Shown piece by piece: positions 27,948-37,538 of a stretch of 64,000 nucleotides of DNA. Position numbers and translations under genes: made by a program. Within the stretch, counting starts at the first letter, position 1. The number at the start of each line of letters is the position of its first letter. The notes under the pieces were generated by a model, which was not told where the DNA came from, ran no database searches, and saw nothing but the letters and a program-made list of their open reading frames with translations. This DNA is from an uncultured bacterium (GTDB lineage Bacteria > UBP14 > UBA6098 > B30-G16). The stretch is from NCBI GenBank assembly GCA_965552135.1, contig CBEVQY010000011.1:864-64863 (forward strand), read 5' to 3'.

Positions 27948-30536
27948 ATGCAATACATAATTTTTCTCGTGGCGACTATTTTGCTGTTTTCCGGTTTCGG
28001 CGAGGCTCAACTGCCTCCTGGGCTTGGCGATATAGCGGTCTGGACGTTTAACGCAAATATATTCACGGAGGGCGCCGCGGATTCTGCGCTATATGTTCCA
28101 ACGGGTTACTGCAAGCGAAGCTGGTTCAAATACGATGGGGAACCGTATAATTATTATCCATATATTTCCTACATTCCACCGATTTTAAACGCCGGGGGTG
28201 CATTTTTTGAGGGCGGTGTTCAGGTGGCGAACGTTCGCCCCAGTGCAGGGTGGCCTCACGATAACCCCTATGACGACGACCATAGCCCCCCGTACAGAAT
28301 ACCGCCCCCCGTTTTCTATGATTTCGTTACAAGGGACGCCGATGGGAATATATATTGGATAGATAACATATATACCGATAGCGTCACGTGCGGCTCTATT
28401 GCAAACGAGAACTACATAAGCTATGTTCTTTACTGGGCTTACCAGCAGATAGATGCCAATGTAAACGCCCTTGAGTTCGACGAGATATCCGGCGGTTATC
28501 GGTTCTCGACCTGTGGTGTTGAGGGCGATAACCCCAACACCGGCTACGACGATTATGCGATTGGCACCGCCAATTTCGCCACTCGGATATCGCTTTTCAG
28601 CCGAAACGACTCGTTGTTCTGGCAGATGCCCGTGCCGAGCGCGGGGTCATTTCCCGATTCGGCTGCGAAAGCTTTCGACGATGACGCCAACACATTTTGG
28701 TGCTCCGACACATCCGACTCCCACTGGCTGCAGATAGATTTCGGCAGAGTAAGGACGATCCAGCAGGTCTACGTGAGATTTCCCGGGGAGCGAATAGCCG
28801 GCGACTTCAACATAATATATTGGGATGGAGCGAGCTGGCACGACTTTAACCCGCCGATTCGGGTTTCCGGAAATACCGACTCGATCTGCTCGTTCCTCGT
28901 TGAGCCCGCGCGGGCAGAAAGGGTTCGCTTTATATCTGTTGACAGCGTTGTGTGCGTCTCCGAGCTGCAGTTGTTCGGGCAGGGTTTCAGGCAGTTTTTG
29001 CTAAAGCGCTACTGCGTTGACTCCGGCTGGACCGCAACTGACCCGCGCTGGGAGACCGAAAAGCTCGTTGATCTTTCCGACACAGGTCAGTGTCCCGACG
29101 GCACGATGAACACATTTAATTATCGCGGTTATCTTATCAGCCACGGCTGGACGGGAAACCCGTTCGGCGGAACCATAGACGAAACGAACTTCCTCAACCC
29201 CCCAAATCCGCTGTTTTTGGACTTCCTGCCCACCCGTTATCTCAGCGCTCTGCTTGTGTACTTTTTCACCGACAGCGCGATGCTGGATACACTAAAGGCT
29301 CTGTTTGTAAAAAGTTATAGTTATCAGAGGCTGCAGAACATCTGGACGACAGTGAGGGACAGTGTTCGTGAGTATTCGGCGTCGCTTGGCAGGGACGTGT
29401 TTGTGACCACCAACGGTTCGGCAAGCGGGTTCAGAGACGGCGCCGACTACCTTCTGGACCCGCACGGCGGTCCGCCGATGCTCCCGATCTATCGCGTTGA
29501 CAATCCCGTCGATACAATGATGTACTACCTCGATGGTTCGAAAGCTATGCTCAATATATATCGTATGAAGCTTAAGTGGGCGCAAAGTTTTATGGACGAA
29601 GAAGTGCCTGTTGTAGCTTTCGTGGATTTCGGTCATCAGGGGAACTTGTTCTCCCACCTCGGCGGGCACGCTATATACGGCTTTCCCGCCGATGTGCGAG
29701 CGGAGTATCTGCGAATATTCCCAGCCGAGATGTATGCCGCGGGGATGCGGTTCTGCTACCCCATCCGTGAACCCAGCGTTAACGCCTGGCTGGACACGCT
29801 CTCCGACGGAACAAGACTGATAGACGTTATAAAACAACAGGCAGATTTTATTTATGCTCATTTCGACATATATCGTGATGTATTCGCCACTGAGCTGGAG
29901 ACGCTTGTAACTGTAAATGGCGTGGTTCCCTTCAATGGTGAATGGAATATCGTTGGCGGTCAGTTCGACTCGCATGTGAACGAATCCGGTGTAACGGTTG
30001 CCTATACCATTAAGACCGATAGTTCGCAGGGATATCTTCATATAATCAACCACAGCTGGGACAGCGCCGGGCAACGGATAGTACCGCAGGACAGCGTGCC
30101 CGTGACTTTGCCCGTGATCGATAGCTGTGTGTCTGTCAAGGTTATATCGCCCGATTTTCCCGATACGTTGTATCCCGATTTCTCCTGCGCTGGGTCGGTG
30201 GTAAGCTTCCTTCTGCCTGTCCTCGAATACTACGACGTGGTGATTCTCGACTTCGGCGAGGCGACGGTGATCACCGCAGAGGCGGATGGACGTCCCGACA
30301 AGATTAGCATATCGCTTTTCCCAAATCCCTTCAACTCCTTCTGTGTTATATCCGCGCCGCGGGGCGCTTGTGTGGGGGTCTATACGGTCACAGGCAGGCT
30401 ATTGTTCAGCGCCGAGGCGGGAGAGGGTCCGCTTGTTTGGACCCCCTCCGCGGACCTTCCATCCGGGGTTTACGTCGTTCGCGCCCGCCTCCCCGACGGC
30501 GCGGAGATTACCGCACTGGCGGCCTATGTGAGGTAA
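27948..30536 (+). CDS. Secreted protein with F5/8-type-C (discoidin) domain and T9SS type-A CTD
   Basis: An AGGAGG SD precedes the ATG. The signal peptide is ...FSGFGEA|QLPP. The discoidin-like segment reads 'AFDDDANTFWCSDTSDSHWLQIDFGRVRTIQQVYVRF'. The C-terminus is 'FPNPFNSFCVISA...GVYVVRARLPDG...AYVR'. Confidence 0.7.
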   Translation: MQYIIFLVATILLFSGFGEAQLPPGLGDIAVWTFNANIFTEGAADSALYVPTGYCKRSWFKYDGEPYNYYPYISYIPPILNAGGAFFEGGVQVANVRPSAGWPHDNPYDDDHSPPYRIPPPVFYDFVTRDADGNIYWIDNIYTDSVTCGSIANENYISYVLYWAYQQIDANVNALEFDEISGGYRFSTCGVEGDNPNTGYDDYAIGTANFATRISLFSRNDSLFWQMPVPSAGSFPDSAAKAFDDDANTFWCSDTSDSHWLQIDFGRVRTIQQVYVRFPGERIAGDFNIIYWDGASWHDFNPPIRVSGNTDSICSFLVEPARAERVRFISVDSVVCVSELQLFGQGFRQFLLKRYCVDSGWTATDPRWETEKLVDLSDTGQCPDGTMNTFNYRGYLISHGWTGNPFGGTIDETNFLNPPNPLFLDFLPTRYLSALLVYFFTDSAMLDTLKALFVKSYSYQRLQNIWTTVRDSVREYSASLGRDVFVTTNGSASGFRDGADYLLDPHGGPPMLPIYRVDNPVDTMMYYLDGSKAMLNIYRMKLKWAQSFMDEEVPVVAFVDFGHQGNLFSHLGGHAIYGFPADVRAEYLRIFPAEMYAAGMRFCYPIREPSVNAWLDTLSDGTRLIDVIKQQADFIYAHFDIYRDVFATELETLVTVNGVVPFNGEWNIVGGQFDSHVNESGVTVAYTIKTDSSQGYLHIINHSWDSAGQRIVPQDSVPVTLPVIDSCVSVKVISPDFPDTLYPDFSCAGSVVSFLLPVLEYYDVVILDFGEATVITAEADGRPDKISISLFPNPFNSFCVISAPRGACVGVYTVTGRLLFSAEAGEGPLVWTPSADLPSGVYVVRARLPDGAEITALAAYVR

Positions 30537-30667
30537 GCTTGTGTGAGCAGCTTGTAGTGCGAAGCGGGGGCTTACGGAAGGCGGCAAGGATCAGCAGTTT
30601 TTAACAAATTAAATCCCGTGCCTATAATAATTGTTTCTCGCCGGAGAGAGCAGTTCAATTGGGTCTT

Positions 30668-31600
30668 TTATGTCCTCACCTTTTCCACCGTTGTTTCGGA
30701 AAGCACCTTTTCGAAGTCTTTTTTTCGCAGGGTTGCGGTTCCGGGCGTGAGGGTGGATGCGGTTCCTGCTGCGGCACCTCTGCGGATGACCTCTTCGGTG
30801 CTCATTTTCTCTTGCAGGGCGAGGACCATTGCCGCCACGGCGGAGTCGCCTGCGCCGACTGTGCTTATGGCATCTACTTTCGGTGGTTTTGCCAGCCACA
30901 CGCCTTCGGATGTTGCGCCCAAAAGCCCCTCGGCGCCGAGTGATACCGCAACAAGCTCTGTCCACTGCAAAAGCTCCTTCGCGGCTTCGGCGACGGCGCC
31001 TATGTCGCTTAGGCTTCGACCAACGAGCTGCGAGAGCTCAAGGCGGTTCGGTTTTATCATAAACGGTGTGCTCAAAAGCCCTTTTCGCAGGGGTTCGCCG
31101 TAGGTGTCGAGGATCACTTTTGCCCCTTGTGTTTCGAATATCGACACAAGCTCCTGGTAGACGACGGGGTTTACGCCTTCGGGCGCGCTTCCCGAGATTA
31201 TGGCGAACGTGGGTTTTGGTCTCAGGTTCCTGCAGAACTCCATAAGGGTTGCAAGCTCCGCGGGCGAAACGCGCGGACCGGGCAGGTTGAACCTAAGCTC
31301 ATCCCCGCTTTCTGTGCAGTGGACGATTATGTTCGTTCGCGTTTCCTCATTTATTTTTATGAAGTTACATGCTACGCCTTCGTTTATGAGTCTTCCCTCC
31401 ATTTCAGCGCCGACGAAGCCACCTAAAAAGCCTGTTGCGATGCTTTCGCCGCCAAGGCTTTTTATCACGCGCGAGACGTCTATCCCCTTGCCGCCCGGAT
31501 AGCGCTCCTGACGGATCACACGGATGCTTTCGCGCTCCAGAAGCCTTTCGACGTATATCGTCCAGTCTAGGGCGGGGTTTAGCGTGACCGTGTAGATCAT
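30668..31600 (-). CDS. PfkB-family carbohydrate kinase (1-phosphofructokinase/tagatose-6-P kinase-like)
   Basis: 'MIYTVTLNPALD...PGGKGIDVS' forms the ribokinase-fold N-terminus. The C-terminal anion hole/catalytic motif is 'STVGAGDSAVAAM'. The start ATG overlaps the prsW-like stop (ATGA). The 236-codon N-terminal extension of the ORF was rejected. Confidence 0.8.
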   Translation of the reverse strand: MIYTVTLNPALDWTIYVERLLERESIRVIRQERYPGGKGIDVSRVIKSLGGESIATGFLGGFVGAEMEGRLINEGVACNFIKINEETRTNIIVHCTESGDELRFNLPGPRVSPAELATLMEFCRNLRPKPTFAIISGSAPEGVNPVVYQELVSIFETQGAKVILDTYGEPLRKGLLSTPFMIKPNRLELSQLVGRSLSDIGAVAEAAKELLQWTELVAVSLGAEGLLGATSEGVWLAKPPKVDAISTVGAGDSAVAAMVLALQEKMSTEEVIRRGAAAGTASTLTPGTATLRKKDFEKVLSETTVEKVRT

Positions 31601-32310
31601 CTTCCTCCTTCCTTTCTGAAGGGTGATTCTTCTTCGGCGCGGTGGATTTCGCGCCTGAGCACGAGCCAAAGCGCGAAAGTGAAGGGGAGCACGCCCAGGG
31701 CGAGGGGTATTTTCGTTGCGTTGCCGAGGACGCCTTCGGACATAAGCAGGAAGTTGAACGTTCCGTGCGCTGCGGCAGCGAGGACCAAGCCCCAGAGGGC
31801 AAGCCTTTTTGCCGCCCTGGGGTGGAATTTCCCCCTCCCAAGGCCGTATCCCCACATCGACGAGAACAGAAGGTGCGCCAGCGTTGACAGCGGTCCGCGG
31901 ACAAGAATCACGTGCGTTCCGTAGCGGTTGAGGTAGAGGAAGTTCTCCAGCGATGCGAACCCCAGCGCCGAAGCCGAGGAGTAGACTATCCCGTCCACGG
32001 GCTCGTCGAACTCCTTCGCGTAGTAGATCGCGAACAGGACGACGCCGAACTTCGCCATCTCCTCGACGAAGCCCGCGACGAACCACGACGAGCCAACGAC
32101 CTCGTAGAGCGTGTCTATTTCCCCTTCGAAGCCGAGCATGCTCGAAAGTCCCTGCTCGATGAGCGCCACGGGTATAACCGATAGCGCTCCCGTTGCGAAC
32201 ACCACCGCCACGGCGCCCAAAGGCTCGGGCTCGAAGCGATCGCTTTTGTAGATGTAGACCATCCAGAGTATCCCCGGCGCAATGCTTAGGATGAAGTTGA
32301 CGAAGCACAT
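31597..32310 (-). CDS. PrsW-family intramembrane metalloprotease
   Basis: Multiple TMs are predicted. The conserved motifs 'FVEEMAKF' (EExxK) and 'AAAHGTFNF' (FxxxH) are present. The length is ~237 aa. Confidence 0.7.
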   Translation of the reverse strand: MCFVNFILSIAPGILWMVYIYKSDRFEPEPLGAVAVVFATGALSVIPVALIEQGLSSMLGFEGEIDTLYEVVGSSWFVAGFVEEMAKFGVVLFAIYYAKEFDEPVDGIVYSSASALGFASLENFLYLNRYGTHVILVRGPLSTLAHLLFSSMWGYGLGRGKFHPRAAKRLALWGLVLAAAAHGTFNFLLMSEGVLGNATKIPLALGVLPFTFALWLVLRREIHRAEEESPFRKEGGR

Positions 32311-32320
32311 CGTAGGGTCT

Positions 32321-34378
32321 TCAGTCTTTCGGTTTCCAGCGCGTTTCGATTATCATTTCTGCCGCCATAAGCACAAGCGCCGCCCAAAGCAGCGTTCTCC
32401 ACAGCTCGACGCCGTATTTTGCCGCAAGCACCTGCCTTTCGATGCCCGCCTCCGGGTCGAGCCATCGGACGGGAAGTTTTTTCTTCACGCTTTCCTCAAG
32501 CGGCGTCAGGTCGCCCTCGCGCGGTGGCACGTTGGCGACGAAAAGGTCCAGCGTGTCGCCGTTCGACGTTATTGCGTACACCCCGGCTTTCGGCAAGAAG
32601 TCCACAAATGCGATGGCTTTTCCGCCGGCGAAGCGCGGCACCACGTACCTACCCCCGCCTCCGGGGTAGGATACCTTGAGCTTGCCCGCGCCGCTGTATC
32701 CCTCCAGGGTGCGGTATGCCTTCCCGCCGACGGGATAGCCGGTGTCGAAGTAAGCCACGTCCGAGGCGAGGTACTGGCAAACCCTGTGCGCCATTGGGAC
32801 GAAAAACCCCGAGAGGGCAAGGTCTCCCCACCTTGCGTCGACGGAGAACCCTGCGACGACGACCCTTCCGTCTCCCAGCGCAACCTCCCCCAGCGCAGCC
32901 ATCCCGTTTTCGAAGTGCAAAAACTCCCTGCCGTCCCTTATGTGGAACTCCAGCACCTTCGAGAACGAGGCTTTGGGCAGCCCCGTTTCGGCAAAGACGG
33001 AAAGGATCGGGTGGTTTAGGTCAGCTTTGCCCCACCCGAGTCGCGCGAGGCTTTGGGTGTCGCCCACGGCGGAGACGACCTCGATGGCGCCGAACGCAGA
33101 AAGCGTCCTTCGGTATTCGTCGAGCCTCCCCGCTGATCTTTCGCCGGGGATGATGAGGAGTCCGCCACCGCCGTAGACGAAGCTTCGCAGGCGCTGGAGC
33201 GTGCCCTCGGGCATCGACGCCGGGTCGAAAAGCACAATGACGTCGAACCGATCGAAAAGCATTTGCCCAAGCTTTTGCTCGTCGCAGGTTGTCACCTCAA
33301 AGAACCTCGATTCGCCCTGAGGCGCGAGGGCAAGCCTGAAGTAACGTCTTTGCGCGCGGTCTCCGCACAGAAGGACGCGGACCCGCTCGGGGATCCTAAA
33401 GGATATGTACCTTCGGTTGTCGGCGATGAGGTTGTCGGCGGATATCTCGACGTATCCCCAGTGGAAGCCTCCCGTCTCGACCTGTCCGGTCAGGTTCACC
33501 GTCTTTTTCGCGCCCGCGGGGATGTCGACCACGGTCTGCGATGCCTTGCGACCGTCGATGATAAGCGAAACCACAACGCCAGAGACCGCCTTGCGACCGT
33601 TGTTCTTCACGTCGACCGTGATGTCGAAGGGGCTTTTCGCCAAAAGAAGCTGCGCGGGAAAGTTCACAGAGGTCACCGTCAGGTTCGTCCTCCTGTCGGG
33701 CGAGAAGGGGATGACGAACACGGCGATATCCTTTGGGATGCTAAGCTTTGTCGGAGTGAGCCATCCCGTTGCCGTGGCGTCGGTGAGGACGTAAATCTCC
33801 CTCGCAAGGGACGTGTACGCCTCAAGGACCCCAGCCGCCTCGTTTATCGCCTTCGGGACGTTGGTGGACATATCCGAGAGGTTTGTTGTGTCGAGCATCG
33901 CGGAGAGATTAGAGAAGAACCTGCTTGGTTTGGGCGAAAGCCATTTTACGTTTTCGTTGAACACGCCCACCGCCGCGGCGTCGCCTTCGCGAAGGAGCGA
34001 GAGGATCTTGCGGGCAGCCGACTTTTCGTATGTGAAGACGTCGGCGTTTCCGCACACAGCGCCTGTGGAGAAGGAGTTATCGACGAGGATCGCCACAGCG
34101 GTCCGCTCGTGGTGGGCAAGCCCGCCCCACCTGACCCCCCTTATCGCCGGTCTTGTGAAGGCGCCGACGACGAAAAGGACTATGAGGGTCCTTATTGCCA
34201 GAAGGAGCCACTGCCGGAGCCGCATCCTGCGCATCCGCCTCCTGTGGATCTCGGAGAGGAAGCGCAGGTCCGAGAAGGGCTGGTCCTTGACCCTGTGCCG
34301 CGTGAGGAGGTGTATGAGCACGGGCAGCGCCGCAAGCGAAAGCGCGGGCAGAAGATATGAGTTGAGGAAGGTCAGCAT
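32321..34378 (-). CDS. BatA-like membrane protein with N-terminal double-TM domain and von Willebrand factor A domain
   Basis: The N-terminus has two TMs (LLPALSLAALPVLIHLL and WLLLAIRTLIVLFVVGAF). A VWA MIDAS motif 'VAILVDNSFST' is present. The protein has a long beta-rich body and a C-terminal TM. Confidence 0.65.
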   Translation of the reverse strand: MLTFLNSYLLPALSLAALPVLIHLLTRHRVKDQPFSDLRFLSEIHRRRMRRMRLRQWLLLAIRTLIVLFVVGAFTRPAIRGVRWGGLAHHERTAVAILVDNSFSTGAVCGNADVFTYEKSAARKILSLLREGDAAAVGVFNENVKWLSPKPSRFFSNLSAMLDTTNLSDMSTNVPKAINEAAGVLEAYTSLAREIYVLTDATATGWLTPTKLSIPKDIAVFVIPFSPDRRTNLTVTSVNFPAQLLLAKSPFDITVDVKNNGRKAVSGVVVSLIIDGRKASQTVVDIPAGAKKTVNLTGQVETGGFHWGYVEISADNLIADNRRYISFRIPERVRVLLCGDRAQRRYFRLALAPQGESRFFEVTTCDEQKLGQMLFDRFDVIVLFDPASMPEGTLQRLRSFVYGGGGLLIIPGERSAGRLDEYRRTLSAFGAIEVVSAVGDTQSLARLGWGKADLNHPILSVFAETGLPKASFSKVLEFHIRDGREFLHFENGMAALGEVALGDGRVVVAGFSVDARWGDLALSGFFVPMAHRVCQYLASDVAYFDTGYPVGGKAYRTLEGYSGAGKLKVSYPGGGGRYVVPRFAGGKAIAFVDFLPKAGVYAITSNGDTLDLFVANVPPREGDLTPLEESVKKKLPVRWLDPEAGIERQVLAAKYGVELWRTLLWAALVLMAAEMIIETRWKPKD

Positions 34379-34857
34379 CGCTTTATTCTCCTTATGATCT
34401 CGGAGGTTGATCTTCCCTCAACGAGGGGGATTCGCTCCACGCGCCCGCCCCAGCCCAAAACCTCCTTCGCGCCGACGATCTCGTCGATTTCGTAGTCGGC
34501 GCCCTTAACGAGGACGTCGGGCTTTATCAGGGTCACAAGCCTCAGTGGCGTGTCCTCCGGGAACGGTATCACAGCGTCGACGCACTCGAGCGAAGCGAGG
34601 ATGTATGCCCTGTCCTCGAGTGGTTGGATCGGGCGGCACTCGCCCTTGAGCCTGCGGACGCTCTCGTCGGTGTTCAGCCCGACGACGAGGAAATCGCCCA
34701 GCCTCCGCGCGGCAAAAAGATACTCGCAGTGCCCCCTGTGGACGATATCGAAGCAGCCGTTGGTGAAGACGAGAACCTTCCCCTGCCGCCGAAGCTCCTC
34801 CCGCCGAGGCAGGAAAGCCTCCCCGCTTTCGAAGATTTTCCTCAGGGGATCGCGCAT
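34372..34857 (-). CDS. Cytidylyl/adenylyltransferase, RfaE domain-II-like (D-beta-D-heptose 1-phosphate adenylyltransferase-like)
   Basis: It has 'VFTNGCFDIVHRGHCEYL' (HxGH nucleotidyltransferase motif), 'VVGLNTDESVRRLKG' and 'VKGADY'. Start is taken at MRDPLRK. The gene overlaps the BatA-like start by 7 nt. Confidence 0.75.
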   Translation of the reverse strand: MRDPLRKIFESGEAFLPRREELRRQGKVLVFTNGCFDIVHRGHCEYLFAARRLGDFLVVGLNTDESVRRLKGECRPIQPLEDRAYILASLECVDAVIPFPEDTPLRLVTLIKPDVLVKGADYEIDEIVGAKEVLGWGGRVERIPLVEGRSTSEIIRRIKRC

Positions 34858-34958
34858 CACGAAAATATACCTCACTTCGTCCCCGCGGGCAAAAAGGTTT
34901 CTTGACAAAAGCCCCAAGCAGGTCATTTATAAGAGGACCTGAGAGTGGGGGGTGAGAG

Positions 34959-35309
34959 ATGTCGAGGCGGACGGAGCAGGTGGCGCGCCTTCTTACCCAC
35001 ATAATAGGCGACATAGTGCTCAAGGAGCTTTCGGACCCAAGGCTTTCGGGCTTGGTGACGATAACGGGCGCCAAGGTTGCCCCTGACCTGCGGACGGCGA
35101 CGATATACTTCAGCGTTTTGGGCGACGAGGCGGACTGGACGGCTGCAACCGAAGCACTCAACGGAGCGGCGGGGTTCATCCAAAGGCTTTTGGCAAAACG
35201 CATCGTCCTCAAGGTCACGCCAAAGCTCTCCTTCGTCCCCGACAGGACGATGGAGAAGGCACAAAGGATCGAACAGATTCTTATTGACCTTCCGCGCGAA
35301 GAGGATTAA
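34959..35309 (+). CDS. rbfA: Ribosome-binding factor A
   Basis: The N-terminus is 'RTEQVARLLTHIIGDIVLKELSDPRLSGLVTITGAKVAPDLRTATIYFSV', a KH-like RbfA signature. The protein is 116 aa. Confidence 0.9.
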   Translation: MSRRTEQVARLLTHIIGDIVLKELSDPRLSGLVTITGAKVAPDLRTATIYFSVLGDEADWTAATEALNGAAGFIQRLLAKRIVLKVTPKLSFVPDRTMEKAQRIEQILIDLPREED

Positions 35310-35311
35310 GC

Positions 35312-36316
35312 TTGTCGAATCTTTTGCGCAAGGTTTTTGGGGTCGTGGCAGAGCTTGGCGACATAGTTGAGCTTATTCTGGAGAGGGAGCGCATAGCGGT
35401 TCTCTCCCACGTGGATGCCGACGGCGATTCGCTCGGAAGCTCCGTTGCGCTCCAGAGGGCGCTGGGGCAGATGGGCAAGAAGGCTTTTATACCTGCCCCT
35501 CTGGACTTTCCGCCGCGGTATTCGTTTTTGCGCAAGTACGCCAACGGCTGGGGCGCTCCGGTTGAGCCTGATCTCCTCGTCGTTTTAGATTGCTCGCGCC
35601 CCCACAGGATCGACTGGGGTGGGCTTACCCGCCCCGAGGGCGTCCCCATGATAAACATCGACCACCACGACGACAACTCCCGCTTCGGCGATCTAAACTG
35701 GGTCGACCCCGGCGCCGCTGCGGTGGGGCAGATGGTCTACAGCCTCCTCAGGGCTTTGGGCGCACCCATCGACGAGAGGACCGCAAGCGCGCTTTATGTG
35801 GCTTTAATGACCGACACAGGGAGGTTTTCCTTCGGCAACACCACCGCCGATGCGCTCTCCGTCGCCGCGGAGCTTGTGAGGCTTGGCGCCGACCCCAAAT
35901 TTCTTACCACCGAGGTCTACTTCAACTTCTCCGAGGAGTACGTGCGCAACATAGGGATCGCCCTTTTTAACTCAAAAAGCTTTTTCGGCGGTCGCGTCTT
36001 GTTTTTAACGCTTGATCGGGCGACAACGCGCAACTTCGCTACCTCAATGGACGAGGCGGAGGGGATAATAGACTTTGCGATGGCGGTAAGGTGCGTTGAC
36101 GTTGCGGCGCTTTTCCGTGAGCTTGCGCCGCGGAGGATTTCCGTTTCGCTTCGCAGCCGCCGCGGAATCGACATAAGCCAGGTGGCGAGGTTCTTCGGCG
36201 GCGGCGGACACCCAAACGCCGCAGGATGCACGATAAAAGAAAGTCTTGCCGCAGCCCAACAAGCCGTCCTCTTACAGGTCAAAAGACTTCTGGGACTTGA
36301 AAGGAAAACGGACTGA
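35312..36316 (+). CDS. DHH/DHHA1 phosphoesterase (NrnA-like nanoRNase/pAp phosphatase)
   Basis: DHH motifs are 'SHVDADGDSLGS' and 'NIDHHDDN'. The DHHA1 motif is 'GGGHPNAAG'. Confidence 0.8.
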   Translation: MSNLLRKVFGVVAELGDIVELILERERIAVLSHVDADGDSLGSSVALQRALGQMGKKAFIPAPLDFPPRYSFLRKYANGWGAPVEPDLLVVLDCSRPHRIDWGGLTRPEGVPMINIDHHDDNSRFGDLNWVDPGAAAVGQMVYSLLRALGAPIDERTASALYVALMTDTGRFSFGNTTADALSVAAELVRLGADPKFLTTEVYFNFSEEYVRNIGIALFNSKSFFGGRVLFLTLDRATTRNFATSMDEAEGIIDFAMAVRCVDVAALFRELAPRRISVSLRSRRGIDISQVARFFGGGGHPNAAGCTIKESLAAAQQAVLLQVKRLLGLERKTD

Positions 36317-36403
36317 CCTCCCTTCAGCCTAACCGAAGGGGCAGAAAAAACTTGACTTAATCTGCGTTTAGGTTAAGTTTTTCAAAAATTCGCGGAGCGG
36401 CGC

Positions 36404-37102
36404 ATGAGGGCTGGTGTGGTGGTCTTTCCGGGGTCAAACTGCGACAGGGATACGTTCTGGGCGCTAAGCCGGCAGGAGGGCTTTGAGGTACGCTACCTCT
36501 GGCACATGGACCACGAGATAGGTGATCTTGATCTTGTCGTTCTTCCGGGCGGGTTTTCGTACGGCGACTACCTTCGCACGGGCGCTTTTGCGAGGTTTTC
36601 GCCTGTGATGCGCGCCGTGGCTGACTTTGCGCGACGGGGCAGGCTCGTTTTGGGAATATGCAACGGCTTCCAGATACTGCTGGAGGCGGGTCTCCTGCCC
36701 GGTGCTATGCTCCCAAACCGCAGCCTGCGCTTCATCTGCGACTGGACCTACATCCGCGTCGAGAGAACCGACACCCCCTTCACCGCCGCGATGCGCAAGG
36801 GCGATGTGCTCAGGATACCCATCGCCCACTTCGAGGGGAACTACTTCGCCCCCCGAGACGAGCTTATGAAGCTTGAGGCGGCGGGCAGGGTCGTTTTCCG
36901 CTACTGCAACGCCGAAGGCGAGGTCACAGACGATAGCAATCCCAACGGAAGCGCCAACAACATCGCAGCCGTTGCCAACGAGGCGGGCAACGTCCTGGGG
37001 ATGATGCCACACCCCGAGAGGGCAAGCGAAAAACTTTTGGGCTCAGAGGACGGGAGGAGGATCTTCGACTCGCTTTTTGCGTGGAAGTCGAAGGCAAGCT
37101 AA
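36404..37102 (+). CDS. purQ: Phosphoribosylformylglycinamidine synthase subunit PurQ (glutaminase)
   Basis: It has '[12 protein letters not shown]' and '[10 protein letters not shown]', the nucleophile Cys in '[10 protein letters not shown]', and His/Glu in 'MMPHPER'. Confidence 0.9.
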   Translation: MRAGVVVFPGSNCDRDTFWALSRQEGFEVRYLWHMDHEIGDLDLVVLPGGFSYGDYLRTGAFARFSPVMRAVADFARRGRLVLGICNGFQILLEAGLLPGAMLPNRSLRFICDWTYIRVERTDTPFTAAMRKGDVLRIPIAHFEGNYFAPRDELMKLEAAGRVVFRYCNAEGEVTDDSNPNGSANNIAAVANEAGNVLGMMPHPERASEKLLGSEDGRRIFDSLFAWKSKAS

Positions 37103-37106
37103 TTTT

Positions 37107-37364
37107 ATGCGCAAGCTCTGGACATTTTTGGCGGCACTGGCGGTTGGCATCGTATCCGGCGCGCTCGTTTCAGAGCTTTTGAAGATGATTCTGCCAACGG
37201 GGGTCGTGAAGGATTTCTTGACGAAGGAGGTGGCGTTCGGCTTTAAACCCATAACGATAGATCTGGCAGCGTTGAAAATAACCTTCGGACTTTCGCTTTC
37301 GTTTACGGTGATATCGCTGCTTTTTGTTCTTGCTGTGGTCTACTACTTTAAATGGTGGCTTTAG
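37107..37364 (+). CDS. Small membrane protein (DUF; 2 TM), unknown function
   Basis: 'MRKLWTFLAALAVGIVSGALV' and 'LSLSFTVISLLFVLAVVYYF' are hydrophobic. The gene overlaps the purQ 3' end by a few nt. Confidence 0.4.
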   Translation: MRKLWTFLAALAVGIVSGALVSELLKMILPTGVVKDFLTKEVAFGFKPITIDLAALKITFGLSLSFTVISLLFVLAVVYYFKWWL

Positions 37365-37406
37365 CGCTTGATTTTTCGGGCTTCGGCAGGACGTATAAAA
37401 AATTGC

Positions 37407-37434
37407 TTGACTTTTTCAAGGACATTCATATTCT
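37407..37434 (+). promoter_or_regulatory. Putative sigma-70-like promoter upstream of first giant cargo gene (TTGACT-N16-TATTCT)
   Basis: A TTGACT hexamer is followed by a 16 nt spacer and a weak -10. It lies ~105 nt upstream of ATG 37539. The call is by eye only. Confidence 0.25.
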
Positions 37435-37538
37435 TAAGCAAGGGCAGTTGAACATAAGGGGCAGGTCATCAAAGTAATTTGTTGAGCGAAATTGGGTTGT
37501 TGAAGTTAAGGCAGGAAAGTCCAACAAAGGAGGAGCTG

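Noticed and set aside
31601-32308. The N-terminal 236 codons of the single 546-aa ORF (30668-32308), which in fact spans two genes
   Set aside because: The first 236 aa are an R-rich shadow of the prsW-like gene, which is in a different frame. The pfkB kinase starts at the internal ATG (31598-31600), overlapping the prsW stop.
36340-36403. TTGACT hexamer upstream of purQ as promoter
   Set aside because: No acceptable -10 element sits at 16-18 nt spacing. The hexamer was left unannotated.
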